In this document: in pieces, positions 1-8,306 of the stretch
Numbering within the stretch: position 1 is the stretch's first letter
How the letters are laid out: each line of letters starts with the position of its first letter
Origin: Nitrospirota bacterium
Lineage (GTDB): Bacteria; Nitrospirota; UBA9217
DNA length: 64,000 nucleotides
Direction of reading: 5' to 3'
Assembly (NCBI GenBank): GCA_963836175.1
Contig: CAWIIS010000008.1
Span: 1,025,862 to 1,089,861, forward strand
Program-made: the position numbers and the translations under genes
Notes under the pieces: generated by a model
What the model saw: the letters and a program-made list of their open reading frames with translations, nothing else
Told to the model about the DNA's origin: nothing
Databases searched by the model: none

Positions 1-1
1 T

Positions 2-850
2 GGACAGTTTGACAAGGCTTGGGAACTTTATGAGACGGCCATAGCACTATACAAGACGTATGGAGGAACAAAAGAGGGGCTTTATAATGTCTATGTCAAC
101 CGTGGGCAGGCCTATGAGAAAACAAAAAAATTTGATAAGGCCGTCGAAGAATACAACATGGCCATATCACTTCTCCCCGACTCTGCTATCGCTTATAATA
201 ATCGGGGCGTCGCATTCGCTGCTCAAAAAAAAATGGATAAAGCACTGGAAGGTTTTACCAAAGCGCTTGCCCTCAACCCATACTATATTGATGCCTATCA
301 CAATCGAGGTCGTTATTATTTGAATGTTGGGCGTTATGCTGATGCAATCCGTGATATGACCGACGCTATTCGCTTAAGCCCGGATGATCCAAGGTTATAT
401 GCTATTCGTGAAAACGCCTATGAGAAGAAGGGAGAGCACGGCAGGGCTATCGATGACCTGAGCCGTGCGATCCCCGCCTATCCGACAGTGTCATCCTTCT
501 ACAGCAATCGAGGACTCGCTTTTGACGGACTAGGACAATTCCCGAGTGCTATACGTGATCATACTATGGCACTCCTGCTGGGTGCGAAGAATGCGCAAGC
601 CTATATCAATCGAGGTATCACGTATGGGAAACAAGGTCTCTATGATAAAGCTTTGAATGATTTTAACCAGGCGATCTCATTAGAGCCCAACTATGCCGCC
701 AGCTATTATAATCGCGGTTACCTTTACCATCTTCACGGTAAGCGTGATGCTGCCATTGCAGACTTTAAAAAAGCGTGTTCTCTTGGCGATAGGACTGCAT
801 GCGCTGTTTTGCGAAAAGGTTTAAAGACGGGAAGGATTAAGGGAAAGTAG
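2..850 (+). CDS. TPR repeat protein (5' end runs off the window)
   Basis: The frame is open from base 2. Repeated 34-aa TPR units are visible (AYNNRGVAF, AYHNRGRYY, FYSNRGLAF, AYINRGITY, SYYNRGYLY, each followed by A-I-x-D-x-x-x-A-I). Confidence 0.85.
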   Translation, partial: GQFDKAWELYETAIALYKTYGGTKEGLYNVYVNRGQAYEKTKKFDKAVEEYNMAISLLPDSAIAYNNRGVAFAAQKKMDKALEGFTKALALNPYYIDAYHNRGRYYLNVGRYADAIRDMTDAIRLSPDDPRLYAIRENAYEKKGEHGRAIDDLSRAIPAYPTVSSFYSNRGLAFDGLGQFPSAIRDHTMALLLGAKNAQAYINRGITYGKQGLYDKALNDFNQAISLEPNYAASYYNRGYLYHLHGKRDAAIADFKKACSLGDRTACAVLRKGLKTGRIKGK

Positions 851-875
851 CCTGAAGATAATCAAATGCGGCTGA

Positions 876-1760
876 TCACCGCGACGTGGATTTGCTGTTA
901 CGCTGTCCAATCATGAGCAGATAATCGCTTGTACTCGTGACCTGTCCTTGAGTGCCCATCGAGAATTTCCCTCCATAGGGGTCCAACGGAATTTTTGAAA
1001 TGATCCCCGCCTGTATAAGATCCTGAAGAACGGCCGGATATCTGCCAGACTTCTTCTTATAGGCTGACACCCCCCTTTCGAGCAGCAACCTGGCCTGTAA
1101 TGCATTGATACGAGTTGTGTATTGCTTTCTCAGTAGCTTATCCTCAGTCTTCGACAATATCGCCTCTAAAAATATGATGGCATTTTCGGTTTTCTTCTCT
1201 GTATATGCCAACCTGGCAGCGAGACTCAGGAGTTGTTCGCTCGGGCCCGGCCTTTGGGCTGCCGCGGCAAGTAACTCAACGGCTTTCGCATTATCGTGCA
1301 GAAAAAAGAAATTATTGAAGCCGGCATAAAAAGGAAGGCTCCAGTCCCACTCCCTGTACAGCATACCCTTTTCAAGAAGTTCATTCGTCTCACGGACCAT
1401 ACCCGCTTCCCAGGTCATATGCGCATTAGCGAGGAGATAGGGATCGCTAAAGTACGGATCTAAATCAGTGGAGGCAATGAGAATACTGTTAAACCACTGC
1501 CATTCTTCAGGCTTCATGCGCGGTTCTTCCTTGCGCTCGTAAATGCCTCCTTGAAAAATGAGGGTCTTGATAAAGAGCAGATCGGAAATTAATCCCTTAA
1601 ACTCAAGCGAAGTAATTGCGAGGACAGGCGTTGGAAGGACAATCCCGCTTGCAGGAGCGGCAGGCAGCATTTTGCTCTCGGTGGCAGCTCTTTGCAGCAA
1701 AAAAATATGGAGGACAAATAAAACTGCAAGCAAGAACGCCGAATAACGGACTTGCATCAT
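876..1760 (-). CDS. Membrane-anchored helical-repeat protein, last gene of the pilA-linked ABC unit (possible PilG-like accessory protein)
   Basis: 294-aa ORF with a single N-terminal hydrophobic anchor (FLLAVLFVLHIFLL). Its start abuts the permease stop. The function is inferred from position only. Confidence 0.5.
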   Translation of the reverse strand: MMQVRYSAFLLAVLFVLHIFLLQRAATESKMLPAAPASGIVLPTPVLAITSLEFKGLISDLLFIKTLIFQGGIYERKEEPRMKPEEWQWFNSILIASTDLDPYFSDPYLLANAHMTWEAGMVRETNELLEKGMLYREWDWSLPFYAGFNNFFFLHDNAKAVELLAAAAQRPGPSEQLLSLAARLAYTEKKTENAIIFLEAILSKTEDKLLRKQYTTRINALQARLLLERGVSAYKKKSGRYPAVLQDLIQAGIISKIPLDPYGGKFSMGTQGQVTSTSDYLLMIGQRNSKSTSR

Positions 1761-2570
1761 TTAAGGAAACTCCTTCTTCGTAAAAAGAAGCGCGGCGAAC
1801 GTAATGACCAGGACGATGTAGACAAGTCCATACATCACCGTCCAAAATATGAAAGCGGCAGGGATTGCGAGACCGTGAGCGGCCTGCGTTTTAATATCGA
1901 AGAGAGAAAGATTAGGGAAAATATAGTAAGCAGCCCGTACTAGTGCTCGGGTTACCGGGGAGACCGTCATATCCTGCGGGGCTTCCACAAGCGCCTTTAC
2001 GCTGCTCAGAGATTGTCCGATAATGTATGAAAGAACAGTAAGTACCATGGTAATAAAGGAGGTAGACGAAACAGACGCGAATAGAAAACTCAGCGCGGAC
2101 AGTAAGACCAGCGAGAGAGCAATGAACGCTTCAGCCAGAAACACCAGCCCCCAGGAGAACCCCTGAAAGTAGTCCGGGTTGGAAAATTGTATCGTACCAA
2201 TGGAAAGCGCCGCGAAGAGACTCAAAATAAAAACAGTAACCACGACGAGGAGAGAGATTCCGAGAAATTTTCCGACGATGTATTGTTGCCGTGAAATCGG
2301 ACGGGCCAGAACCATATAGATCGTCCTTTTATCCAAATCCTTTGCCATCAGGTCGATGCCTACGAAAAAAACCAGGAGCAACCCGGCAAAGGATACCGTG
2401 GAAAGGGCCATGTCCACAGCTACCTTTCCTACGTCTCGCATGATTAGGCCGGAGATGAAAAAGGAGGCACTCATCAGAACGATGGCAAGCAGCGATATGC
2501 CATAAAAAGCCTTGTTCCGTATGCCCTCTTTAAATGTTATGTACGCAAGGGGCCACAGTCTCCTTATCAT
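1761..2570 (-). CDS. ABC-2 type transporter permease (PilI-like by context)
   Basis: 269-aa polytopic ORF with about 6 hydrophobic segments. It overlaps the upstream ATPase gene by 4 nt (ATGA), implying translational coupling. Confidence 0.75.
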   Translation of the reverse strand: MIRRLWPLAYITFKEGIRNKAFYGISLLAIVLMSASFFISGLIMRDVGKVAVDMALSTVSFAGLLLVFFVGIDLMAKDLDKRTIYMVLARPISRQQYIVGKFLGISLLVVVTVFILSLFAALSIGTIQFSNPDYFQGFSWGLVFLAEAFIALSLVLLSALSFLFASVSSTSFITMVLTVLSYIIGQSLSSVKALVEAPQDMTVSPVTRALVRAAYYIFPNLSLFDIKTQAAHGLAIPAAFIFWTVMYGLVYIVLVITFAALLFTKKEFP

Positions 2571-3313
2571 TGCACACGTTCCTCAGGCGTCCCAACTTCT
2601 CTCATGAATATATCCTCGAGGGAATCGGCGCGAGAAAGGAGGTCTGTCAGATTGCCCACGAGTTTGAGTCGGCCGCCTACAAGGATCCCGACACGGTCGC
2701 AGAATCGCTCGACATCGGTGAGTATATGAGAAGAAAAAAAGACCGTTTTCCCCTGGGCTTTCAGTTCAAGGATCAGGTCTCCGACCAGCTTTCTCCCGAT
2801 AGGATCAAGACCGCTCATAGGTTCGTCGAGCACGACCACCTCGGGATTGTGAATCAGCGCCAAAGCTATGCCTGCACGCTGCACCATGCCTTTAGAATAG
2901 GTTCTGAGCGGCCTTTCGCATGAGGCCTTCAGACCCATCCTGTCGAGAAGCATATCCGTTCTGTCATGAAGCTCGTGTTTATGAAGACCTGAGGTTTTAC
3001 CACCGAACCAGAGAATCTCTTTTGCGGTAAGATAATCATAAAAATACGGATTTTCAGCGAGATAGCCAACAAGTCCGCGCGTGCTGCTGTCCGAAACATT
3101 CCTGCCCATAAGTGTAACAGTACCTGCGCTGGGATAGACGAAATTCAACAGTATCTTCAGCGCGGTGGATTTCCCCGCCCCATTTGGCCCGAGAAAGCCG
3201 AAGACCTCGCCCTGTTCAATCTCAAGGGAAAAATCGTTGAGAGCCAGGACTTTATTTCCCTTCGGCCACGAATTGTATCTTTTGGTAACCCCGGAGTAAT
3301 TTATGACATTCAT
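2567..3313 (-). CDS. ABC transporter ATP-binding protein (PilH-like by context)
   Basis: Walker [10 protein letters not shown], signature MSGLDP-type motif and Walker B VVVLDEP are present. It lies directly downstream of pilA. Confidence 0.9.
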   Translation of the reverse strand: MNVINYSGVTKRYNSWPKGNKVLALNDFSLEIEQGEVFGFLGPNGAGKSTALKILLNFVYPSAGTVTLMGRNVSDSSTRGLVGYLAENPYFYDYLTAKEILWFGGKTSGLHKHELHDRTDMLLDRMGLKASCERPLRTYSKGMVQRAGIALALIHNPEVVVLDEPMSGLDPIGRKLVGDLILELKAQGKTVFFSSHILTDVERFCDRVGILVGGRLKLVGNLTDLLSRADSLEDIFMREVGTPEERVQ

Positions 3314-3353
3314 GTTTTTCTGGTCGGAAATTCAAATCTAATAAAATAGATGT

Positions 3354-3389
3354 AAAAAAGCGACAGGCCGGGTTATCCCGGCCTGTCGC
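3354..3389 (-). terminator. Intrinsic terminator after pilA
   Basis: On the minus strand, a perfect 13-bp stem GCGACAGGCCGGG/CCCGGCCTGTCGC with a 4-nt loop is followed by TTTTTT. It sits 30 nt after the pilA stop. Confidence 0.8.
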
Positions 3390-3418
3390 GAAACTTCGGA
3401 TTCAAATCGCGGTCTTTT

Positions 3419-3940
3419 TTACAACGGAGTCGCCGAGCCTGACGCTGTAACATCGTTAGCGTCCGTCGAATCATAGCCAAGATCGACTAAATCATCATTT
3501 GGTGTAGCTGGCAGCCAGTATATTGTGGGAGCATTTCCATCAGCCATGAATGTTCTGTCACCCTGTTTGTGCTTCGTATAAATAAGATAGTTCGACCCTG
3601 CTCCGCCAACGGCTGTGGCATTGGTCTTTGAAAAAATATGAACACCATTGGACAAACCAATCTCCAGCGATCTCGTGTTACCGTTGACGTCTTGAGTAGA
3701 CATGGAAGTCGGACCAGATGTTATGACAGCATCGGTTGTATCGCCATAGGCCTGGAAATCTGCAAAAAGCGCCTCTTCAGCGGTTTTTGCGTTTCTAAGG
3801 TCTGAACTGCCGGCGGCATTATAGCCTTTGATTCGATACTGGGCGAACTGCGGGATGGCGATTGCGGCCAGGATGGCGATGATGGCCACCACGATCAGGA
3901 GTTCGATAAGGGTAAAACCTTTTTTGCTTGTTTTCTTCAT
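3419..3940 (-). CDS. pilA: Type IVa pilin, prepilin-type N-terminal cleavage/methylation domain
   Basis: MKKTSKKG/FTLIELLIVVAIIAILAAIAIP gives the leader Gly-1, Phe+1 and Glu+5. The protein is 173 aa with a Ser/Thr-rich C-terminal tail. Confidence 0.93.
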   Translation of the reverse strand: MKKTSKKGFTLIELLIVVAIIAILAAIAIPQFAQYRIKGYNAAGSSDLRNAKTAEEALFADFQAYGDTTDAVITSGPTSMSTQDVNGNTRSLEIGLSNGVHIFSKTNATAVGGAGSNYLIYTKHKQGDRTFMADGNAPTIYWLPATPNDDLVDLGYDSTDANDVTASGSATPL

Positions 3941-4059
3941 TGTTTTCCTCCCATAAAGATTTAGTTTTTGATTGCACGTTTATTTATATGGTTCGCTTAA
4001 GGTCCCTTAATGGGTTTCACCTCCTTCCAAAGACCTCGCGCTTTTCTGGAAATAGATAC

Positions 4060-4075
4060 TGCAGGTACTGTGCCA
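4060..4075 (-). promoter_or_regulatory. sigma54 (-24/-12) promoter candidate for pilA
   Basis: The minus strand reads TGGCACagtacCTGCA. GG and GC are at the consensus spacing (TGGCAC-N5-TTGCW), about 120 nt upstream of the pilA ATG. Confidence 0.65.
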
Positions 4076-4266
4076 TAAATTATCGTCATAATTTCAATGA
4101 TCTGCGTGTATTGCTTGTGGAGAGATGACCAAGATTGTCATAGGTGGGTGACGAAAAATGGCATAATCACTACCCCGCAGCAAGCTGACGGGATATAAAT
4201 AAAAGTTGTTCAACTGAGAAACCTGCGGTTTCTCTTAATCTTCCCTCTATAAAAGTGACCCCGTAC

Positions 4267-5597
4267 CAGTGCTGTCCGGTTGTTACGTAAATAGATTCAA
4301 TTGGTTATCGTCACAGTGTTCGTTTTCGTGATTGATTGCCTCGGCAACCAGCTGAGAAATAGGTACTTTCTCGAAAAGGTTGACCTCCAAAATCTGTAGA
4401 ATCGTATGAAGACTGCCAGGCAGATTCAATCGTTTCTTGATAATCGCCACGAGCAGATAAACACTGACAGCTGTCCAGATTTGCGTTTTGACCGCGTTGG
4501 ATGACGTTCCGAAGAATGACTTGATCCGTAGGTGTTGCTTGATCCACTTGAAGAACAACTCCACCTTCCATCGGGACCGGTAAATATCCGCGATGGTCTT
4601 TGCCGGCACAAGAAAGTTGTTCGTAAGAAACACCAAGCGCTTGTCTCGTTCGGCATCGTGATATCGTACCCGACGCAAAGGATCGGGGTAGGCCATGCGC
4701 GATTTGTAGCCGACGAGCAGGACTGTTTGATCGGCTTGCACACCGATTGATTTGTCCACCGAAGCAGAATAGATACGACGCAGTCTTGTATTGTGCTTGC
4801 TCCGGATGACGAAGAACGCTGCAAGCTGGTTGATGTGATAGAGTCGCTCGAAGTCGAGATATGCACGGTCCATCGTATAGACAGAATCTGCTTCGAACGG
4901 AACTGTATCCATTATATTGACGTCGTGAACGCTGCCGGGAGTCACGAAAATAAAGGTCGGAATTGATCCCTGCACGTTTAGTAGGGTGTGAATCTTGACG
5001 GCTGCTTTCTCTTTCCGAAACGTCGCCCTCGGAAAGGTGGATAGGCAGAGATCGATTATCGTTGAGTCCAGAGCAAAGACCGAGAACTTCAGATCTTTGC
5101 CAAGATCCTCGTTCTGGTAGAGCTTGCTGGCGATGTCGATGAGCAGATAGCCAAAGTCTTGATAAATGCGGAAGTCCCGATGTTCGTTGGCGTCTGCCAG
5201 CGTGGACTTGGCGATCTTCCCTCGGAAGCCCATGTGGTAAAGCTTTGCTCGATGAGAATTGAGACACGTTACAATATCGCGTAAGCTTTCGCGATAGGTC
5301 AATTGAGAGAACGCCATGCAGAGAAACTGATCCATGCATGAAAAGCTCCTGACCTTGTGATTGCCATGATAACGAAGGACGCATTGGTTGAACTCGTACC
5401 GTGGTAGATGTTGAATCAGTTGAGCAAAAACGGTTTTTCCGGAATTCATTCTCGTCCCTCCTCGTAAAGAGCTGAGAGGGATTATAGGATGAATCGAGAT
5501 AAACTGAGTTCAAATCGAAAAGTTGCATTTTGCCCTTTTTATTGTTGTGTGACAGTGAGTTATCGCACTTTGGAAAAACGATAACCGGACACTACTG
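4267..5597 (-). mobile_element. IS4-family insertion sequence (1331 bp) with 9-bp target duplication
   Basis: Terminal inverted repeats are CAGTGCTGTCCGGTT (4267-4281) and CAGTAGTGTCCGGTT (reverse complement of 5583-5597). They are flanked by the direct repeat ACCCCGTAC at 4258-4266 and 5598-5606. Confidence 0.85.
4283..5449 (-). CDS. IS4-family DDE transposase
   Basis: The 388-aa ORF fills the IS. The N-terminus MNSGKTVFAQLIQHLPRYEF... is typical of IS4-type transposases with the DUF4372-like N-domain. Confidence 0.85.
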   Translation of the reverse strand: MNSGKTVFAQLIQHLPRYEFNQCVLRYHGNHKVRSFSCMDQFLCMAFSQLTYRESLRDIVTCLNSHRAKLYHMGFRGKIAKSTLADANEHRDFRIYQDFGYLLIDIASKLYQNEDLGKDLKFSVFALDSTIIDLCLSTFPRATFRKEKAAVKIHTLLNVQGSIPTFIFVTPGSVHDVNIMDTVPFEADSVYTMDRAYLDFERLYHINQLAAFFVIRSKHNTRLRRIYSASVDKSIGVQADQTVLLVGYKSRMAYPDPLRRVRYHDAERDKRLVFLTNNFLVPAKTIADIYRSRWKVELFFKWIKQHLRIKSFFGTSSNAVKTQIWTAVSVYLLVAIIKKRLNLPGSLHTILQILEVNLFEKVPISQLVAEAINHENEHCDDNQLNLFT

Positions 5598-5911
5598 ACC
5601 CCGTACAATAAAAAACTTGTAGGTCGCTGTGGAATGCGGCATAAAGAATTTGTTATAAAAGAATTTGCGATCAAGCAATCCTTTAAGGGTATCAGGAGCG
5701 TTGCAACGTCATACACCGGCTTTCTGCCGCGTTTGGCCGGCGTCTTTTGGGTGAATCGCCGGAAGGTCCGCAGAAGTCTGAGTGCATGCTTTCGGTGATA
5801 CCAGCAGGTTGAACAAAACTCATTCAGGATCGTCGTTTTCATCTTTCGGGAGGCGGCCCGGTACCGTTTAACGATTGCGGCCAGATACTCCCGTTTGGAT
5901 TGTGGACTCAT
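5598..5911 (-). pseudogene. N-terminal remnant of a second transposase (HTH/integrase-type), interrupted by the IS4 insertion
   Basis: An AGGAGGG RBS precedes the ATG at 5911. MSPQSKREYLAAIVKRYRAASRKMKTTILNEFCSTCWYHRKHALRLL resembles transposase N-termini. The frame runs straight into the IS4 end and has no catalytic domain on either side. Confidence 0.6.
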
Positions 5912-6117
5912 CAGAACTAACCCTCCTTTTGGGGGTATAGTTCCGGTAACATGCATTATGAGTCAACGATCCTTTTCAAAATGCGGTTGGGTAACATTTA
6001 TTGTGAGTCAATTCGCTTATAATAACGCTTTCGCTATATCACAAGTTGTGATAATATATCATAATAATAAATGAAATTACCGACTGCCATAATTGTCATC
6101 CTTCTGGAACTATCTGC

Positions 6118-7344
6118 ATGAACTATTTTTTTTCAAGTGGTGAAAGCTCAGTGAAAACCATTGCATTGCTGCTTAATAGAACCTCGAAACGTGGGAAACC
6201 AGACCCCGAGGGGGCACTGTTACAAATTACAAGTGATCTTCCCGAAATTACTCCGCATCAAGTAAAAAGTATTTTCTGGAAAGTATTCCTGTTTGCCTTT
6301 GTCATACAAATGGTGAAAACGACCATATACATTACCGACGGAGAAATGTGGGCGCAACAAATTCAGCACTTTTTGAACAGCAGTTCTGCTGTATTTAATT
6401 TCCGTGCTGCCTATGGACACCCTGGCACTACCCTAGTAGGCCTGGGCTGTTTGTTTCACATTCTTTTCGGCTTCTCATTCAATATTGCCCTGACGCTCAG
6501 TGTGGCACTGCTCATCGCCGCAGTAACCGCCGCATGCGCTGCACTCTGTTTTCTGTTGCAGCCGCAATCGCTCTGGTGGTTTACAACAGGGTTCATTCTT
6601 ACTTTGAGCCGGTTTTTCGTCACAGCAACTGTGCCCACTGCTGCAGTGATGCCATTTATAACCCTCATTGTGTTAGCTTCATGCTGGTTATGGGTGCGTA
6701 CTATATCCACATCCGGATGGCACTACTTTCTATGGGGTATTATGTTGGGTCTATCAGCTGCGACAAGGCTTGATATCAGTCTCTTCGTGGGTATTCCATT
6801 CTTCATCCTGCTATCTTACAGAAGTGGTATACGTGTCATGGTTCCGATTTTAACCGGTGGATTAATATCTTTTATTTTCGCTGATCCTTTCCTCTGGTTC
6901 ATGCCGGTCCAGCACGTTATTGACCTATGGTCCAAATTCACCCTCCACTATTCAAATTATGGCACGGAAAGACTGATTCCATGGATGGAGTGGATCCATG
7001 GAATCCCTCTGGCTATCCTAGCCATTGCCTGGTTCCTGGTCCTTTACCTACGACGTCGTCTGAGCGATGTCATCCCGGCACAGGTATTATTGGTATTTCT
7101 AGGGATATCGCTCCTAGCAGTGCTACTTCTGACATCCTCGAAGTTTCAAACAATACGGTATTTGTACCCGTTAATCATAGTCTGGGAAATATTCCTTCCC
7201 CAGTTTGCCCTACAAAATTGTCCTCGAAACAATGGCCAGGTATCCTTTATGTCCGGAAGTTTAGATGCGAAAACTGCCCGGGTAATAATGGGTTTCATCA
7301 TACCGACGCAGGTTTTAGGCTATTTCTTTATTTTCAATGTGTAA
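6118..7344 (+). CDS. Polytopic membrane protein, GT-C/ArnT-like glycosyltransferase features (tentative)
   Basis: 408-aa ORF with 9 or more hydrophobic helices and a first loop containing DGE...YGHPG. It is visibly AT-richer than the surrounding genes. The family assignment is not verified. Confidence 0.45.
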   Translation: MNYFFSSGESSVKTIALLLNRTSKRGKPDPEGALLQITSDLPEITPHQVKSIFWKVFLFAFVIQMVKTTIYITDGEMWAQQIQHFLNSSSAVFNFRAAYGHPGTTLVGLGCLFHILFGFSFNIALTLSVALLIAAVTAACAALCFLLQPQSLWWFTTGFILTLSRFFVTATVPTAAVMPFITLIVLASCWLWVRTISTSGWHYFLWGIMLGLSAATRLDISLFVGIPFFILLSYRSGIRVMVPILTGGLISFIFADPFLWFMPVQHVIDLWSKFTLHYSNYGTERLIPWMEWIHGIPLAILAIAWFLVLYLRRRLSDVIPAQVLLVFLGISLLAVLLLTSSKFQTIRYLYPLIIVWEIFLPQFALQNCPRNNGQVSFMSGSLDAKTARVIMGFIIPTQVLGYFFIFNV

Positions 7345-7415
7345 AACAATAGCCTTCTGAGGGGATGACTAAGTTGCAGTTGCATTCAAAAGTTCGAACA
7401 AACCAGCATATTAAG

Positions 7416-8303
7416 TTATCCATGCGGCTGGAGGAGCCTGCCTTGCTCTTTGCCAAAGCTATTCGCGTGATAGGAACTTCGTACGAGCGGTCCTGCTTCG
7501 ACATGTTTGAATCCCAAGGCCAATGCTTGTTTGCGGAGTGATGCAAATTCTTCCGGAGAGTAATATTTTTCAACTGGCAGGTGGTTTTTGCCGGGCTGCA
7601 GGTATTGGCCCAGCGTAAGGATCCGGCAATCAACAGCGCGAATATCATGCATGGCCGATCTCACTTCAGCCTTGCTCTCCCCAAAACCTAGCATGATCCC
7701 GGTTTTGGTGGTGAGTCCAAATTTACGAGCCCGCGACAGCAGTTCAAGGGAACGCTTGTAATCTGCCTGGGGCCTGACTCGCGAGTACAGGGACGGCACC
7801 GTCTCCAGATTGTGACTAAGCACGTCCGGCGACGCATGCAGAACCGTTTTGAGTGATTCAGTAGATCCGAGAAAATCTGGTATGAGAACCTCTACGCGAC
7901 AGTCCGGAGAGATCGTGCGTATGGCTTTGATGGTTGCGGCAAAAAAATCAGCACCGCCGTCAGGCAGATCGTCTCTCGTGACCGAGGTTATGACGGCATA
8001 TTCCAGGCCGAGTTCTGCCACAGCCCTGGCCACCCGCTCCGGCTCCTCCCGATCCAGGATTAAGGGAATGCCCTTCGGCACGTTGCAGAACCGGCAACAC
8101 CTGGTGCAGACATCTCCAAGGATCATGAAGGTGGCGGTTCCAGCATTCCAGCACTCACTTTGATTCGGGCAGGCTGCGCTTCTGCAGACCGTATGCAGTT
8201 TGTTCGACTGGATCTGCTTCTGGACGTTCTTGAAGCCGTCGCCTGTGGTGAGCCTGATCTTAAACCAGGGCGGCAGCCTTTGCCTTTTCTTCTCAGCCGG
8301 CAT
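7416..8303 (-). CDS. lipA: Lipoyl synthase
   Basis: It has the radical-SAM motif CTRCCRFCNV plus the N-terminal auxiliary cluster motif CRSAACPNQSEC. Confidence 0.93.
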   Translation of the reverse strand: MPAEKKRQRLPPWFKIRLTTGDGFKNVQKQIQSNKLHTVCRSAACPNQSECWNAGTATFMILGDVCTRCCRFCNVPKGIPLILDREEPERVARAVAELGLEYAVITSVTRDDLPDGGADFFAATIKAIRTISPDCRVEVLIPDFLGSTESLKTVLHASPDVLSHNLETVPSLYSRVRPQADYKRSLELLSRARKFGLTTKTGIMLGFGESKAEVRSAMHDIRAVDCRILTLGQYLQPGKNHLPVEKYYSPEEFASLRKQALALGFKHVEAGPLVRSSYHANSFGKEQGRLLQPHG

Positions 8304-8306
8304 CTT

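Noticed and set aside
4311-5528. A 405-aa ORF in another frame of the IS4 transposase region.
   Set aside because: The overlapping frame has Ser/Arg-rich junk composition. The 388-aa frame carries the transposase similarity.
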